Source: Eledone cirrhosa
Lineage: Eukaryota
DNA: 64,000 nt
Direction of reading: 5' to 3'
Assembly (NCBI GenBank): GCA_964016885.1
Contig: OZ024743.1
Coordinates: forward strand, 92,566,001 to 92,630,000
The translations under genes and the position numbers were made by a program. Shown here one piece after another: positions 9,034 through 22,833 of the stretch (the stretch's first letter is position 1; the number at the start of each line of letters is the position of its first letter). The notes under the pieces were generated by a model. It saw only the letters and a list, made by a program, of their open reading frames with translations. It was not told the DNA's origin and made no database searches.

Positions 9034-10293
9034 TTATTTTTTTAAAAAGTTAATTTCTTTTCAGAGCTATTTATTTTTTAGTTCGGTGGCCGCTTAGGAA
9101 ACCGAGCTGCTGTAAACATTTCCCTTTTTCTTTCTTTAGTTAGTTTGATTTGCAAGCTTTTCTCTCCAGTGTCTGTTAGTTTCAAAATAATTATGCACGC
9201 AAACTTTTTCCTTTCTTTCAACTCTACCCTTCGCATACACACTACTGCAAACGTCTTATAGGCTACCGACTGCAAAAACAGAGTTTGTTGATAATTTCAG
9301 ATATTTCGAACTTTTATTCCGTCCGCCTTCGGAAGTAGTGAGCCTGCTATATACGCTAGAAAATATTTATTGAACAAAGATTTGGCTGCTTTTTCTAGCA
9401 TGTAAAATGAGGGTCCATTTATACCACTTTCCATCCTAATCAGAAACCATCATTTTAACACCGAGATTCAAAGAAAAGCTCCCATCACAACTGCTATCAC
9501 TTTCGCATTTCCCTCTGAAAATATTAAGTCGAAACGAAAGAAAGTATTGAGCCAACACTAAGTGTGTCTATCGGTCACATAACGGGTTCCGGAGCCTACC
9601 TCTAATAGCTTTTGACACTAGAAAACACACTGGCAACCTTACTGCGGATGATAGCGAGTCTAAGAAGCTGATACAACCAAGCACACTCGCAGTCAGCGTC
9701 TGATACCTCGGTAAGGCGAGTGGCCAACTATGACAAAAAGTTCGTTGTTAGTGGACCAGCTCCTGCAAACGTCTTAGAAGCTACAGGCTGGAAAAACATA
9801 GTTTGTTGATAATTTCCGATGTTTCAAAGTTATATTCCGTCCGCCTTCGGAAGTAGTGAGCCTGCTATATACTCTAGAAAATATTTATTGAACAAAGATT
9901 TGGCTGCTTTTTCTAGCATGTAAAATGAGCACATTTCTTTAGAGCCGTTCGAATCGAAGATGATGGACATGTGTAATAATTCATTCGGAATGGGTATCGT
10001 AGCTAGTTATTTGGCCGAGTTATATAAACAAAAAGAGAACATAAGTTTTAAAGACAGCAATATCGACAACTATGCGATACTCTCGTAGTTAATAACGTGT
10101 GCTAATTTATAAATTAGATGAGATTTATGTAAAAGTTTATTAAGCAACCTAAATTGCTTGAAAATACTATGTTCTATGTTTGAAAGTATGAAAAATGTAA
10201 AACAGAAAATTAAAGTATAAAAATTACTGTAAAAGAAAGGTGTTTAGTGAGTTGTTTTATACAATAAAACTATTAAATTGAGTGTAAGATTTC

Positions 10294-10413
10294 GTTTACG
10301 GCCATATCCCGCTGAAAACACCGGTTCTCGTCCGATCACCGAAGTTAAGCAACGTCGAGCCTAGTTAGTACTTGGATGGGTGACCGCTTGGGAACCCTAG
10401 GTGCCGTAAGCGT
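10294..10413 (+). rRNA. 5S rRNA: 5S rRNA (unit 8)
   Basis: Same as unit 1 gene. Confidence 0.96.
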
Positions 10414-11673
10414 TTATTTTTTTAAAAAGTTAATTTCTTTTCAGAGCTATTTATTTTTTAGTTCGGTGGCCGCTTAGGAAACCGAGCTGCTGTAAACATT
10501 TCCCTTTTTCTTTCTTTAGTTAGTTTGATTTGCAAGCTTTTCTCTCCAGTGTCTGTTAGTTTCAAAATAATTATGCACGCAAACTTTTTCCTTTCTTTCA
10601 ACTCTACCCTTCGCATACACACTACTGCAAACGTCTTATAGGCTACCGACTGCAAAAACAGAGTTTGTTGATAATTTCAGATATTTCGAACTTTTATTCC
10701 GTCCGCCTTCGGAAGTAGTGAGCCTGCTATATACGCTAGAAAATATTTATTGAACAAAGATTTGGCTGCTTTTTCTAGCATGTAAAATGAGGGTCCATTT
10801 ATACCACTTTCCATCCTAATCAGAAACCATCATTTTAACACCGAGATTCAAAGAAAAGCTCCCATCACAACTGCTATCACTTTCGCATTTCCCTCTGAAA
10901 ATATTAAGTCGAAACGAAAGAAAGTATTGAGCCAACACTAAGTGTGTCTATCGGTCACATAACGGGTTCCGGAGCCTACCTCTAATAGCTTTTGACACTA
11001 GAAAACACACTGGCAACCTTACTGCGGATGATAGCGAGTCTAAGAAGCTGATACAACCAAGCACACTCGCAGTCAGCGTCTGATACCTCGGTAAGGCGAG
11101 TGGCCAACTATGACAAAAAGTTCGTTGTTAGTGGACCAGCTCCTGCAAACGTCTTAGAAGCTACAGGCTGGAAAAACAGAGTTTGTTGATAATTTCCGAT
11201 GTTTCAAAGTTATATTCCGTCCGCCTTCGGAAGTAGTGAGCCTGCTATATACTCTAGAAAATATTTATTGAACAAAGATTTGGCTGCTTTTTCTAGCATG
11301 TAAAATGAGCACATTTCTTTAGAGCCGTTCGAATCGAAGATGATGGACATGTGTAATAATTAATTCGGAATGGGTATCGTAGCTAGTTATTTGGCCGAGT
11401 TATATAAACAAAAAGAGAACATAAGTTTTAAAGACAGCAATATCGACAACTATGCGATACTCTCGTAGTTAATAACGTGTGCTAATTTATAAATTAGATG
11501 AGATTTATGTAAAAGTTTATTAAGCAACCTAAATTGCTTGAAAATACTATGTTCTATGGTTGAAAGTATGAAAAATGTAAAACAGAAAATTAAAGTATAA
11601 AAATTACTGTAAAAGAAAGGTGTTTAGTGAGTTGTTTTATACAATAAAACTATTAAATTGAGTGTAAGATTTC

Positions 11674-11793
11674 GTTTACGGCCATATCCCGCTGAAAACA
11701 CCGGTTCTCGTCCGATCACCGAAGTTAAGCAACGTCGAGCCTAGTTAGTACTTGGATGGGTGACCGCTTGGGAACCCTAGGTGCCGTAAGCGT
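11674..11793 (+). rRNA. 5S rRNA: 5S rRNA (unit 9)
   Basis: Same as unit 1 gene. Confidence 0.96.
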
Positions 11794-13053
11794 TTATTTT
11801 TTTAAAAAGTTAATTTCTTTTCAGAGCTATTTATTTTTTAGTTCGGTGGCCGCTTAGGAAACCGAGCTGCTGTAAACATTTCCCTTTTTCTTTCTTTAGT
11901 TAGTTTGATTTGCAAGCTTTTCTCTCCAGTGTCTGTTAGTTTCAAAATAATTATGCACGCAAACTTTTTCCTTTCTTTCAACTCTACCCTTCGCATACAC
12001 ACTACTGCAAACGTCTTATAGGCTACCGACTGCAAAAACAGAGTTTGTTGATAATTTCAGATATTTCGAACTTTTATTCCGTCCGCCTTCGGAAGTAGTG
12101 AGCCTGCTATATACGCTAGAAAATATTTATTGAACAAAGATTTGGCTGCTTTTTCTAGCATGTAAAATGAGGGTCCATTTATACCACTTTCCATCCTAAT
12201 CAGAAACCATCATTTTAACACCGAGATTCAAAGAAAAGCTCCCATCACAACTGCTATCACTTTCGCATTTCCCTCTGAAAATATTAAGTCGAAACGAAAG
12301 AAAGTATTGAGCCAACACTAAGTGTGTCTATCGGTCACATAACGGGTTCCGGAGCCTACCTCTAATAGCTTTTGACACTAGAAAACACACTGGCAACCTT
12401 ACTGCGGATGATAGCGAGTCTAAGAAGCTGATACAACCAAGCACACTCGCAGTCAGCGTCTGATACCTCGGTAAGGCGAGTGGCCAACTATGACAAAAAG
12501 TTCGTTGTTAGTGGACCAGCTCCTGCAAACGTCTTAGAAGCTACAGGCTGGAAAAACATAGTTTGTTGATAATTTCCGATGTTTCAAAGTTATATTCCGT
12601 CCGCCTTCGGAAGTAGTGAGCCTGCTATATACTCTAGAAAATATTTATTGAACAAAGATTTGGCTGCTTTTTCTAGCATGTAAAATGAGCACATTTCTTT
12701 AGAGCCGTTCGAATCGAAGATGATGGACATGTGTAATAATTAATTCGGAATGGGTATCGTAGCTAGTTATTTGGCCGAGTTATATAAACAAAAAGAGAAC
12801 ATAAGTTTTAAAGACAGCAATATCGACAACTATGCGATACTCTCGTAGTTAATAACGTGTGCTAATTTATAAATTAGATGAGATTTATGTAAAAGTTTAT
12901 TAAGCAACCTAAATTGCTTGAAAATACTATGTTCTATGGTTGAAAGTATGAAAAATGTAAAACAGAAAATTAAAGTATAAAAATTACTGTAAAAGAAAGG
13001 TGTTTAGTGAGTTGTTTTATACAATAAAACTATTAAATTGAGTGTAAGATTTC

Positions 13054-13173
13054 GTTTACGGCCATATCCCGCTGAAAACACCGGTTCTCGTCCGATCACC
13101 GAAGTTAAGCAACGTCGAGCCTAGTTAGTACTTGGATGGGTGACCGCTTGGGAACCCTAGGTGCCGTAAGCGT
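13054..13173 (+). rRNA. 5S rRNA: 5S rRNA (unit 10)
   Basis: Same as unit 1 gene. Confidence 0.96.
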
Positions 13174-14433
13174 TTATTTTTTTAAAAAGTTAATTTCTTT
13201 TCAGAGCTATTTATTTTTTAGTTCGGTGGCCGCTTAGGAAACCGAGCTGCTGTAAACATTTCCCTTTTTCTTTCTTTAGTTAGTTTGATTTGCAAGCTTT
13301 TCTCTCCAGTGTCTGTTAGTTTCAAAATAATTATGCACGCAAACTTTTTCCTTTCTTTCAACTCTACCCTTCGCATACACACTACTGCAAACGTCTTATA
13401 GGCTACCGACTGCAAAAACAGAGTTTGTTGATAATTTCAGATATTTCGAACTTTTATTCCGTCCGCCTTCGGAAGTAGTGAGCCTGCTATATACGCTAGA
13501 AAATATTTATTGAACAAAGATTTGGCTGCTTTTTCTAGCATGTAAAATGAGGGTCCATTTATACCACTTTCCATCCTAATCAGAAACCATCATTTTAACA
13601 CCGAGATTCAAAGAAAAGCTCCCATCACAACTGCTATCACTTTCGCATTTCCCTCTGAAAATATTAAGTCGAAACGAAAGAAAGTATTGAGCCAACACTA
13701 AGTGTGTCTATCGGTCACATAACGGGTTCCGGAGCCTACCTCTAATAGCTTTTGACACTAGAAAACACACTGGCAACCTTACTGCGGATGATAGCGAGTC
13801 TAAGAAGCTGATACAACCAAGCACACTCGCAGTCAGCGTCTGATACCTCGGTAAGGCGAGTGGCCAACTATGACAAAAAGTTCGTTGTTAGTGGACCAGC
13901 TCCTGCAAACGTCTTAGAAGCTACAGGCTGGAAAAACATAGTTTGTTGATAATTTCCGATGTTTCAAAGTTATATTCCGTCCGCCTTCGGAAGTAGTGAG
14001 CCTGCTATATACTCTAGAAAATATTTATTGAACAAAGATTTGGCTGCTTTTTCTAGCATGTAAAATGAGCACATTTCTTTAGAGCCGTTCGAATCGAAGA
14101 TGATGGACATGTGTAATAATTCATTCGGAATGGGTATCGTAGCTAGTTATTTGGCCGAGTTATATAAACAAAAAGAGAACATAAGTTTTAAAGACAGCAA
14201 TATCGACAACTATGCGATACTCTCGTAGTTAATAACGTGTGCTAATTTATAAATTAGATGAGATTTATGTAAAAGTTTATTAAGCAACCTAAATTGCTTG
14301 AAAATACTATGTTCTATGGTTGAAAGTATGAAAAATGTAAAACAGAAAATTAAAGTATAAAAATTACTGTAAAAGAAAGGTGTTTAGTGAGTTGTTTTAT
14401 ACAATAAAACTATTAAATTGAGTGTAAGATTTC

Positions 14434-14553
14434 GTTTACGGCCATATCCCGCTGAAAACACCGGTTCTCGTCCGATCACCGAAGTTAAGCAACGTCGAGC
14501 CTAGTTAGTACTTGGATGGGTGACCGCTTGGGAACCCTAGGTGCCGTAAGCGT
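14434..14553 (+). rRNA. 5S rRNA: 5S rRNA (unit 11)
   Basis: Same as unit 1 gene. Confidence 0.96.
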
Positions 14554-15813
14554 TTATTTTTTTAAAAAGTTAATTTCTTTTCAGAGCTATTTATTTTTTA
14601 GTTCGGTGGCCGCTTAGGAAACCGAGCTGCTGTAAACATTTCCCTTTTTCTTTCTTTAGTTAGTTTGATTTGCAAGCTTTTCTCTCCAGTGTCTGTTAGT
14701 TTCAAAATAATTATGCACGCAAACTTTTTCCTTTCTTTCAACTCTACCCTTCGCATACACACTACTGCAAACGTCTTATAGGCTACCGACTGCAAAAACA
14801 GAGTTTGTTGATAATTTCAGATATTTCGAACTTTTATTCCGTCCGCCTTCGGAAGTAGTGAGCCTGCTATATACGCTAGAAAATATTTATTGAACAAAGA
14901 TTTGGCTGCTTTTTCTAGCATGTAAAATGAGGGTCCATTTATACCACTTTCCATCCTAATCAGAAACCATCATTTTAACACCGAGATTCAAAGAAAAGCT
15001 CCCATCACAACTGCTATCACTTTCGCATTTCCCTCTGAAAATATTAAGTCGAAACGAAAGAAAGTATTGAGCCAACACTAAGTGTGTCTATCGGTCACAT
15101 AACGGGTTCCGGAGCCTACCTCTAATAGCTTTTGACACTAGAAAACACACTGGCAACCTTACTGCGGATGATAGCGAGTCTAAGAAGCTGATACAACCAA
15201 GCACACTCGCAGTCAGCGTCTGATACCTCGGTAAGGCGAGTGGCCAACTATGACAAAAAGTTCGTTGTTAGTGGACCAGCTCCTGCAAACGTCTTAGAAG
15301 CTACAGGCTGGAAAAACATAGTTTGTTGATAATTTCCGATGTTTCAAAGTTATATTCCGTCCGCCTTCGGAAGTAGTGAGCCTGCTATATACTCTAGAAA
15401 ATATTTATTGAACAAAGATTTGGCTGCTTTTTCTAGCATGTAAAATGAGCACATTTCTTTAGAGCCGTTCGAATCGAAGATGATGGACATGTGTAATAAT
15501 TAATTCGGAATGGGTATCGTAGCTAGTTATTTGGCCGAGTTATATAAACAAAAAGAGAACATAAGTTTTAAAGACAGCAATATCGACAACTATGCGATAC
15601 TCTCGTAGTTAATAACGTGTGCTAATTTATAAATTAGATGAGATTTATGTAAAAGTTTATTAAGCAACCTAAATTGCTTGAAAATACTATGTTCTATGTT
15701 TGAAAGTATGAAAAATGTAAAACAGAAAATTAAAGTATAAAAATTACTGTAAAAGAAAGGTGTTTAGTGAGTTGTTTTATACAATAAAACTATTAAATTG
15801 AGTGTAAGATTTC

Positions 15814-15933
15814 GTTTACGGCCATATCCCGCTGAAAACACCGGTTCTCGTCCGATCACCGAAGTTAAGCAACGTCGAGCCTAGTTAGTACTTGGATGGG
15901 TGACCGCTTGGGAACCCTAGGTGCCGTAAGCGT
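15814..15933 (+). rRNA. 5S rRNA: 5S rRNA (unit 12)
   Basis: Same as unit 1 gene. Confidence 0.96.
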
Positions 15934-17193
15934 TTATTTTTTTAAAAAGTTAATTTCTTTTCAGAGCTATTTATTTTTTAGTTCGGTGGCCGCTTAGGAA
16001 ACCGAGCTGCTGTAAACATTTCCCTTTTTCTTTCTTTAGTTAGTTTGATTTGCAAGCTTTTCTCTCCAGTGTCTGTTAGTTTCAAAATAATTATGCACGC
16101 AAACTTTTTCCTTTCTTTCAACTCTACCCTTCGCATACACACTACTGCAAACGTCTTATAGGCTACCGACTGCAAAAACAGAGTTTGTTGATAATTTCAG
16201 ATATTTCGAACTTTTATTCCGTCCGCCTTCGGAAGTAGTGAGCCTGCTATATACGCTAGAAAATATTTATTGAACAAAGATTTGGCTGCTTTTTCTAGCA
16301 TGTAAAATGAGGGTCCATTTATACCACTTTCCATCCTAATCAGAAACCATCATTTTAACACCGAGATTCAAAGAAAAGCTCCCATCACAACTGCTATCAC
16401 TTTCGCATTTCCCTCTGAAAATATTAAGTCGAAACGAAAGAAAGTATTGAGCCAACACTAAGTGTGTCTATCGGTCACATAACGGGTTCCGGAGCCTACC
16501 TCTAATAGCTTTTGACACTAGAAAACACACTGGCAACCTTACTGCGGATGATAGCGAGTCTAAGAAGCTGATACAACCAAGCACACTCGCAGTCAGCGTC
16601 TGATACCTCGGTAAGGCGAGTGGCCAACTATGACAAAAAGTTCGTTGTTAGTGGACCAGCTCCTGCAAACGTCTTAGAAGCTACAGGCTGGAAAAACATA
16701 GTTTGTTGATAATTTCCGATGTTTCAAAGTTATATTCCGTCCGCCTTCGGAAGTAGTGAGCCTGCTATATACTCTAGAAAATATTTATTGAACAAAGATT
16801 TGGCTGCTTTTTCTAGCATGTAAAATGAGCACATTTCTTTAGAGCCGTTCGAATCGAAGATGATGGACATGTGTAATAATTAATTCGGAATGGGTATCGT
16901 AGCTAGTTATTTGGCCGAGTTATATAAACAAAAAGAGAACATAAGTTTTAAAGACAGCAATATCGACAACTATGCGATACTCTCGTAGTTAATAACGTGT
17001 GCTAATTTATAAATTAGATGAGATTTATGTAAAAGTTTATTAAGCAACCTAAATTGCTTGAAAATACTATGTTCTATGGTTGAAAGTATGAAAAATGTAA
17101 AACAGAAAATTAAAGTATAAAAATTACTGTAAAAGAAAGGTGTTTAGTGAGTTGTTTTATACAATAAAACTATTAAATTGAGTGTAAGATTTC

Positions 17194-17313
17194 GTTTACG
17201 GCCATATCCCGCTGAAAACACCGGTTCTCGTCCGATCACCGAAGTTAAGCAACGTCGACCCTAGTTAGTACTTGGATGGGTGACCGCTTGGGAACCCTAG
17301 GTGCCGTAAGCGT
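17194..17313 (+). rRNA. 5S rRNA: 5S rRNA (unit 13, variant G66C)
   Basis: As unit 1 except G>C at 17259. Confidence 0.94.
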
Positions 17314-18573
17314 TTATTTTTTTAAAAAGTTAATTTCTTTTCAGAGCTATTTATTTTTTAGTTCGGTGGCCGCTTAGGAAACCGAGCTGCTGTAAACATT
17401 TCCCTTTTTCTTTCTTTAGTTAGTTTGATTTGCAAGCTTTTCTCTCCAGTGTCTGTTAGTTTCAAAATAATTATGCACGCAAACTTTTTCCTTTCTTTCA
17501 ACTCTACCCTTCGCATACACACTACTGCAAACGTCTTATAGGCTACCGACTGCAAAAACAGAGTTTGTTGATAATTTCAGATATTTCGAACTTTTATTCC
17601 GTCCGCCTTCGGAAGTAGTGAGCCTGCTATATACGCTAGAAAATATTTATTGAACAAAGATTTGGCTGCTTTTTCTAGCATGTAAAATGAGGGTCCATTT
17701 ATACCACTTTCCATCCTAATCAGAAACCATCATTTTAACACCGAGATTCAAAGAAAAGCTCCCATCACAACTGCTATCACTTTCGCATTTCCCTCTGAAA
17801 ATATTAAGTCGAAACGAAAGAAAGTATTGAGCCAACACTAAGTGTGTCTATCGGTCACATAACGGGTTCCGGAGCCTACCTCTAATAGCTTTTGACACTA
17901 GAAAACACACTGGCAACCTTACTGCGGATGATAGCGAGTCTAAGAAGCTGATACAACCAAGCACACTCGCAGTCAGCGTCTGATACCTCGGTAAGGCGAG
18001 TGGCCAACTATGACAAAAAGTTCGTTGTTAGTGGACCAGCTCCTGCAAACGTCTTAGAAGCTACAGGCTGGAAAAACATAGTTTGTTGATAATTTCCGAT
18101 GTTTCAAAGTTATATTCCGTCCGCCTTCGGAAGTAGTGAGCCTGCTATATACTCTAGAAAATATTTATTGAACAAAGATTTGGCTGCTTTTTCTAGCATG
18201 TAAAATGAGCACATTTCTTTAGAGCCGTTCGAATCGAAGATGATGGACATGTGTAATAATTAATTCGGAATGGGTATCGTAGCTAGTTATTTGGCCGAGT
18301 TATATAAACAAAAAGAGAACATAAGTTTTAAAGACAGCAATATCGACAACTATGCGATACTCTCGTAGTTAATAACGTGTGCTAATTTATAAATTAGATG
18401 AGATTTATGTAAAAGTTTATTAAGCAACCTAAATTGCTTGAAAATACTATGTTCTATGGTTGAAAGTATGAAAAATGTAAAACAGAAAATTAAAGTATAA
18501 AAATTACTGTAAAAGAAAGGTGTTTAGTGAGTTGTTTTATACAATAAAACTATTAAATTGAGTGTAAGATTTC

Positions 18574-18693
18574 GTTTACGGCCATATCCCGCTGAAAACA
18601 CCGGTTCTCGTCCGATCACCGAAGTTAAGCAACGTCGAGCCTAGTTAGTACTTGGATGGGTGACCGCTTGGGAACCCTAGGTGCCGTAAGCGT
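18574..18693 (+). rRNA. 5S rRNA: 5S rRNA (unit 14)
   Basis: Same as unit 1 gene. Confidence 0.96.
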
Positions 18694-19953
18694 TTATTTT
18701 TTTAAAAAGTTAATTTCTTTTCAGAGCTATTTATTTTTTAGTTCGGTGGCCGCTTAGGAAACCGAGCTGCTGTAAACATTTCCCTTTTTCTTTCTTTAGT
18801 TAGTTTGATTTGCAAGCTTTTCTCTCCAGTGTCTGTTAGTTTCAAAATAATTATGCACGCAAACTTTTTCCTTTCTTTCAACTCTACCCTTCGCATACAC
18901 ACTACTGCAAACGTCTTATAGGCTACCGACTGCAAAAACAGAGTTTGTTGATAATTTCAGATATTTCGAACTTTTATTCCGTCCGCCTTCGGAAGTAGTG
19001 AGCCTGCTATATACGCTAGAAAATATTTATTGAACAAAGATTTGGCTGCTTTTTCTAGCATGTAAAATGAGGGTCCATTTATACCACTTTCCATCCTAAT
19101 CAGAAACCATCATTTTAACACCGAGATTCAAAGAAAAGCTCCCATCACAACTGCTATCACTTTCGCATTTCCCTCTGAAAATATTAAGTCGAAACGAAAG
19201 AAAGTATTGAGCCAACACTAAGTGTGTCTATCGGTCACATAACGGGTTCCGGAGCCTACCTCTAATAGCTTTTGACACTAGAAAACACACTGGCAACCTT
19301 ACTGCGGATGATAGCGAGTCTAAGAAGCTGATACAACCAAGCAGACTCGCAGTCAGCGTCTGATACCTCGGTAAGGCGAGTGGCCAACTATGACAAAAAG
19401 TTCGTTGTTAGTGGACCAGCTCCTGCAAACGTCTTAGAAGCTACAGGCTGGAAAAACAGAGTTTGTTGATAATTTCCGATGTTTCAAAGTTATATTCCGT
19501 CCGCCTTCGGAAGTAGTGAGCCTGCTATATACTCTAGAAAATATTTATTGAACAAAGATTTGGCTGCTTTTTCTAGCATGTAAAATGAGCACATTTCTTT
19601 AGAGCCGTTCGAATCGAAGATGATGGACATGTGTAATAATTAATTCGGAATGGGTATCGTAGCTAGTTATTTGGCCGAGTTATATAAACAAAAAGAGAAC
19701 ATAAGTTTTAAAGACAGCAATATCGACAACTATGCGATACTCTCGTAGTTAATAACGTGTGCTAATTTATAAATTAGATGAGATTTATGTAAAAGTTTAT
19801 TAAGCAACCTAAATTGCTTGAAAATACTATGTTCTATGGTTGAAAGTATGAAAAATGTAAAACAGAAAATTAAAGTATAAAAATTACTGTAAAAGAAAGG
19901 TGTTTAGTGAGTTGTTTTATACAATAAAACTATTAAATTGAGTGTAAGATTTC

Positions 19954-20073
19954 GTTTACGGCCATATCCCGCTGAAAACACCGGTTCTCGTCCGATCACC
20001 GAAGTTAAGCAACGTCGAGCCTAGTTAGTACTTGGATGGGTGATCGCTTGGGAACCCTAGGTGCCGTAAGCGT
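19954..20073 (+). rRNA. 5S rRNA: 5S rRNA (unit 15, variant C91T)
   Basis: As unit 1 except C>T at 20044. Confidence 0.94.
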
Positions 20074-21333
20074 TTATTTTTTTAAAAAATTAATTTCTTT
20101 TCAGAGCTGTTTATTTTTTACTTGGGTGAGCGCTTAGGAAACCGAGCTGCTGTAAACATTTCCCTTTTTCTTTCTTTAGTTAGTTTGATTTGCAAGCTTT
20201 TCTCTCCAGTGTCTGTTAGTTTCAAAATAATTATGCACGCAAACTTTTTCCTTTCTTTCAACTCTACCCTTCGCATACACACTACTGCAAACGTCTTATA
20301 GGCTACCGACTGCAAAAACAGAGTTTGTTGATAATTTCAGATATTTCAAACTTATATTCCGTCCGCCTTCGGAAGTAGTGAGCCTGCTATATACGCTAGA
20401 AAATATTTATTGAACAAAGATTTGGCTGCTTTTTCTAGCATGTAAAATGAGGGTCCATTTATACCACTTTCCATCCTAATAAGAAACCATCATTTTAACA
20501 CCGAGATTCAAAGAAAAGCTCCCATCACAACTGCTATCACTTTCGCATTTCCCTCTGAAAATATTAAATCGAAACGAAAGAAAGTATTGAGCCAACACTA
20601 AGTGTGTCGATCGGTCACATAACGGGTTCCGGAGCCTACCTGTAATAGCTTTTGATACTAGAAAACACACTGGCAACCTTACTGCGGATGATAGCGAGTC
20701 TAAGAAGCTGATACAACCAAGCAGACTCGCAGTCAGCGTCTGATACCTCGGTAAGGCGAGTGGCCAACTATGACAAAAAGTTCGTTGTTAGTGGACCAGC
20801 TCCTGCAAACGTCTTAGAAGCTACAGGCTGGAAAAACAGAGTTTGTTGATAATTTCCGATGTTTCAAAGTTATATTCCGTCCGCCTTCGGAAGTAGTGAG
20901 CCTGCTATATACTCTAGAAAATATTTATTGAACAAAGATTTGGCTGCTTTTTCTAGCATGTAAAATGAGCACATTTCTTTAGAGCCGTTCGAATCGAAGA
21001 TGATGGACATGTGTAATAATTAATTCGGAATGGGTATCGTAGCTAGTTATTTGGCCGAGTTATATAAACAAAAAGAGAACATAAGTTTTAAAGACAGCAA
21101 TATCGACAACTATGCGATACTCTCGTAGTTAATAACGTGTGCTAATTTATAAATTAGATGAGATTTATGTAAAAGTTTATTAAGCAACCTAAATTGCTTG
21201 CAAATACTATGTTCTATGGTTGAAAGTATGAAAAATGTAAAACAGAAAATTAAAGTATAAAAATTACTGTAAAAGAAAGGTGTTTAGTGAGTTGTTTTAT
21301 ACAATAAAACTATTAAATTGAGTGTAAGATTTC

Positions 21334-21453
21334 GTTTACGGCCATATCCCGCTGAAAACACCGGTTCTCGTCCGATCACCGAAGTTAAGCAACGTCGAGC
21401 CTAGTTAGTACTTGGATGGGTGACCGCTTGGGAACCCTAGGTGCCGTAAGCGT
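21334..21453 (+). rRNA. 5S rRNA: 5S rRNA (unit 16)
   Basis: Same as unit 1 gene. Confidence 0.96.
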
Positions 21454-22713
21454 TTATTTTTTTAAAAAGTTAATTTCTTTTCAGAGCTGTTTATTTTTTA
21501 CTTGGGTGAGCGCTTAGGAAACCGAGCTGCTGTAAACATTTCCCTTTTTCTTTCTTTAGTTAGTTTGATTTGCAAGCTTTTCTCTCCAGTGTCTGTTAGT
21601 TTCAAAATAATTATGCACGCAAACTTTTTCCTTTCTTTCAACTCTACCCTTCGCATACACACTACTGCAAACGTCTTATAGGCTACCGACTGCAAAAACA
21701 GAGTTTGTTGATAATTTCAGATATTTCAAACTTTTATTCCGTCTGCCTTCGGAAGTAGTGAGCCTGCTATATACGCTAGAAAATATTTATTGAACAAAGA
21801 TTTGGCTGCTTTTTCTAGCATGTAAAATGAGGGTCCATTTCTACCACTTTCCATCCTAATCAGAAACCATCAAGTTAACACCGAGATTCAAAGAAAAGCT
21901 CCCATCACAACTGCTATCACTTTCGCATTTCCCTCTGAAAATATTAAATCGAAACGAAAGAAAGTATTGAGCCAACACTAAGTGTGTCGATCGGTCACAT
22001 AACGGGTTCCGGAGCCTACCTGTAATAGCTTTTGATACTAGAAAACACACTGGCAACCTTACTGCGGATGATAGCGAGTCTAAGAAGCTGATACAACCAA
22101 GCAGACTCGCAGTCAGCGTCTGATACCTCGGTAAGGCGAGTGGCCAACTATGACAAAAAGTTCGTTGTTAGTGGACCAGCTCCTGCAAACGTCTTAGAAG
22201 CTACAGGCTGGAAAAACAGAGTTTGTTGATAATTTCCGATGTTTCAAAGTTATATTCCGTCCGCCTTCGGAAGTAGTGAGCCTGCTATATACTCTAGAAA
22301 ATATTTATTGAACAAAGATTTGGCTGTTTTTTCTAGCATGTAAAATGAGCACATTTCTTTAGAGCCGTTCGAATCGAAGATGATGGACATGTGTAATAAT
22401 TAATTCGGAATGGGTATCGTAGCTAGTTATTTGGCCGAGTTATATAAACAAAAAGAGAACATAAGTTTTAAAGACAGCAATATCGACAACTATGCGATAC
22501 TCTCGTAGTTAATAACGTGTGCTAATTTAAAAGTTAGATGAGATTTATGTAAAAGTTTATTAAGCAACCTAAATTGCTTGAAAATACTATGTTCTATGGT
22601 TGAAAGTATGAAAAATGTAAAATAGAAAATTAAAGTATAAAAATTACTGTAAAAGAAAGGTATTTAGTGAGTTGTTTTATACAATAAAACTATTAAATTA
22701 AGTGTAAGCTTTC

Positions 22714-22833
22714 GTTTACGGCCATATCCCGCTGAAAACACCGGTTCTCGTCCGATCACCGAAGTTAAGCAACGTCGAGCCTAGTTAGTACTTGGATGGG
22801 TGACCGCTTGGGAACCCTAGGTGCCGTAAGCGT
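22714..22833 (+). rRNA. 5S rRNA: 5S rRNA (unit 17)
   Basis: Same as unit 1 gene. Confidence 0.96.

Noticed and set aside
20476-20676. 63-89-aa ORFs (MPVCFLV... / MLAQYF...) as stand-alone genes
   Set aside because: Non-ATG starts; they appear and vanish with single SNPs; considered only as part of the putative captured fragment
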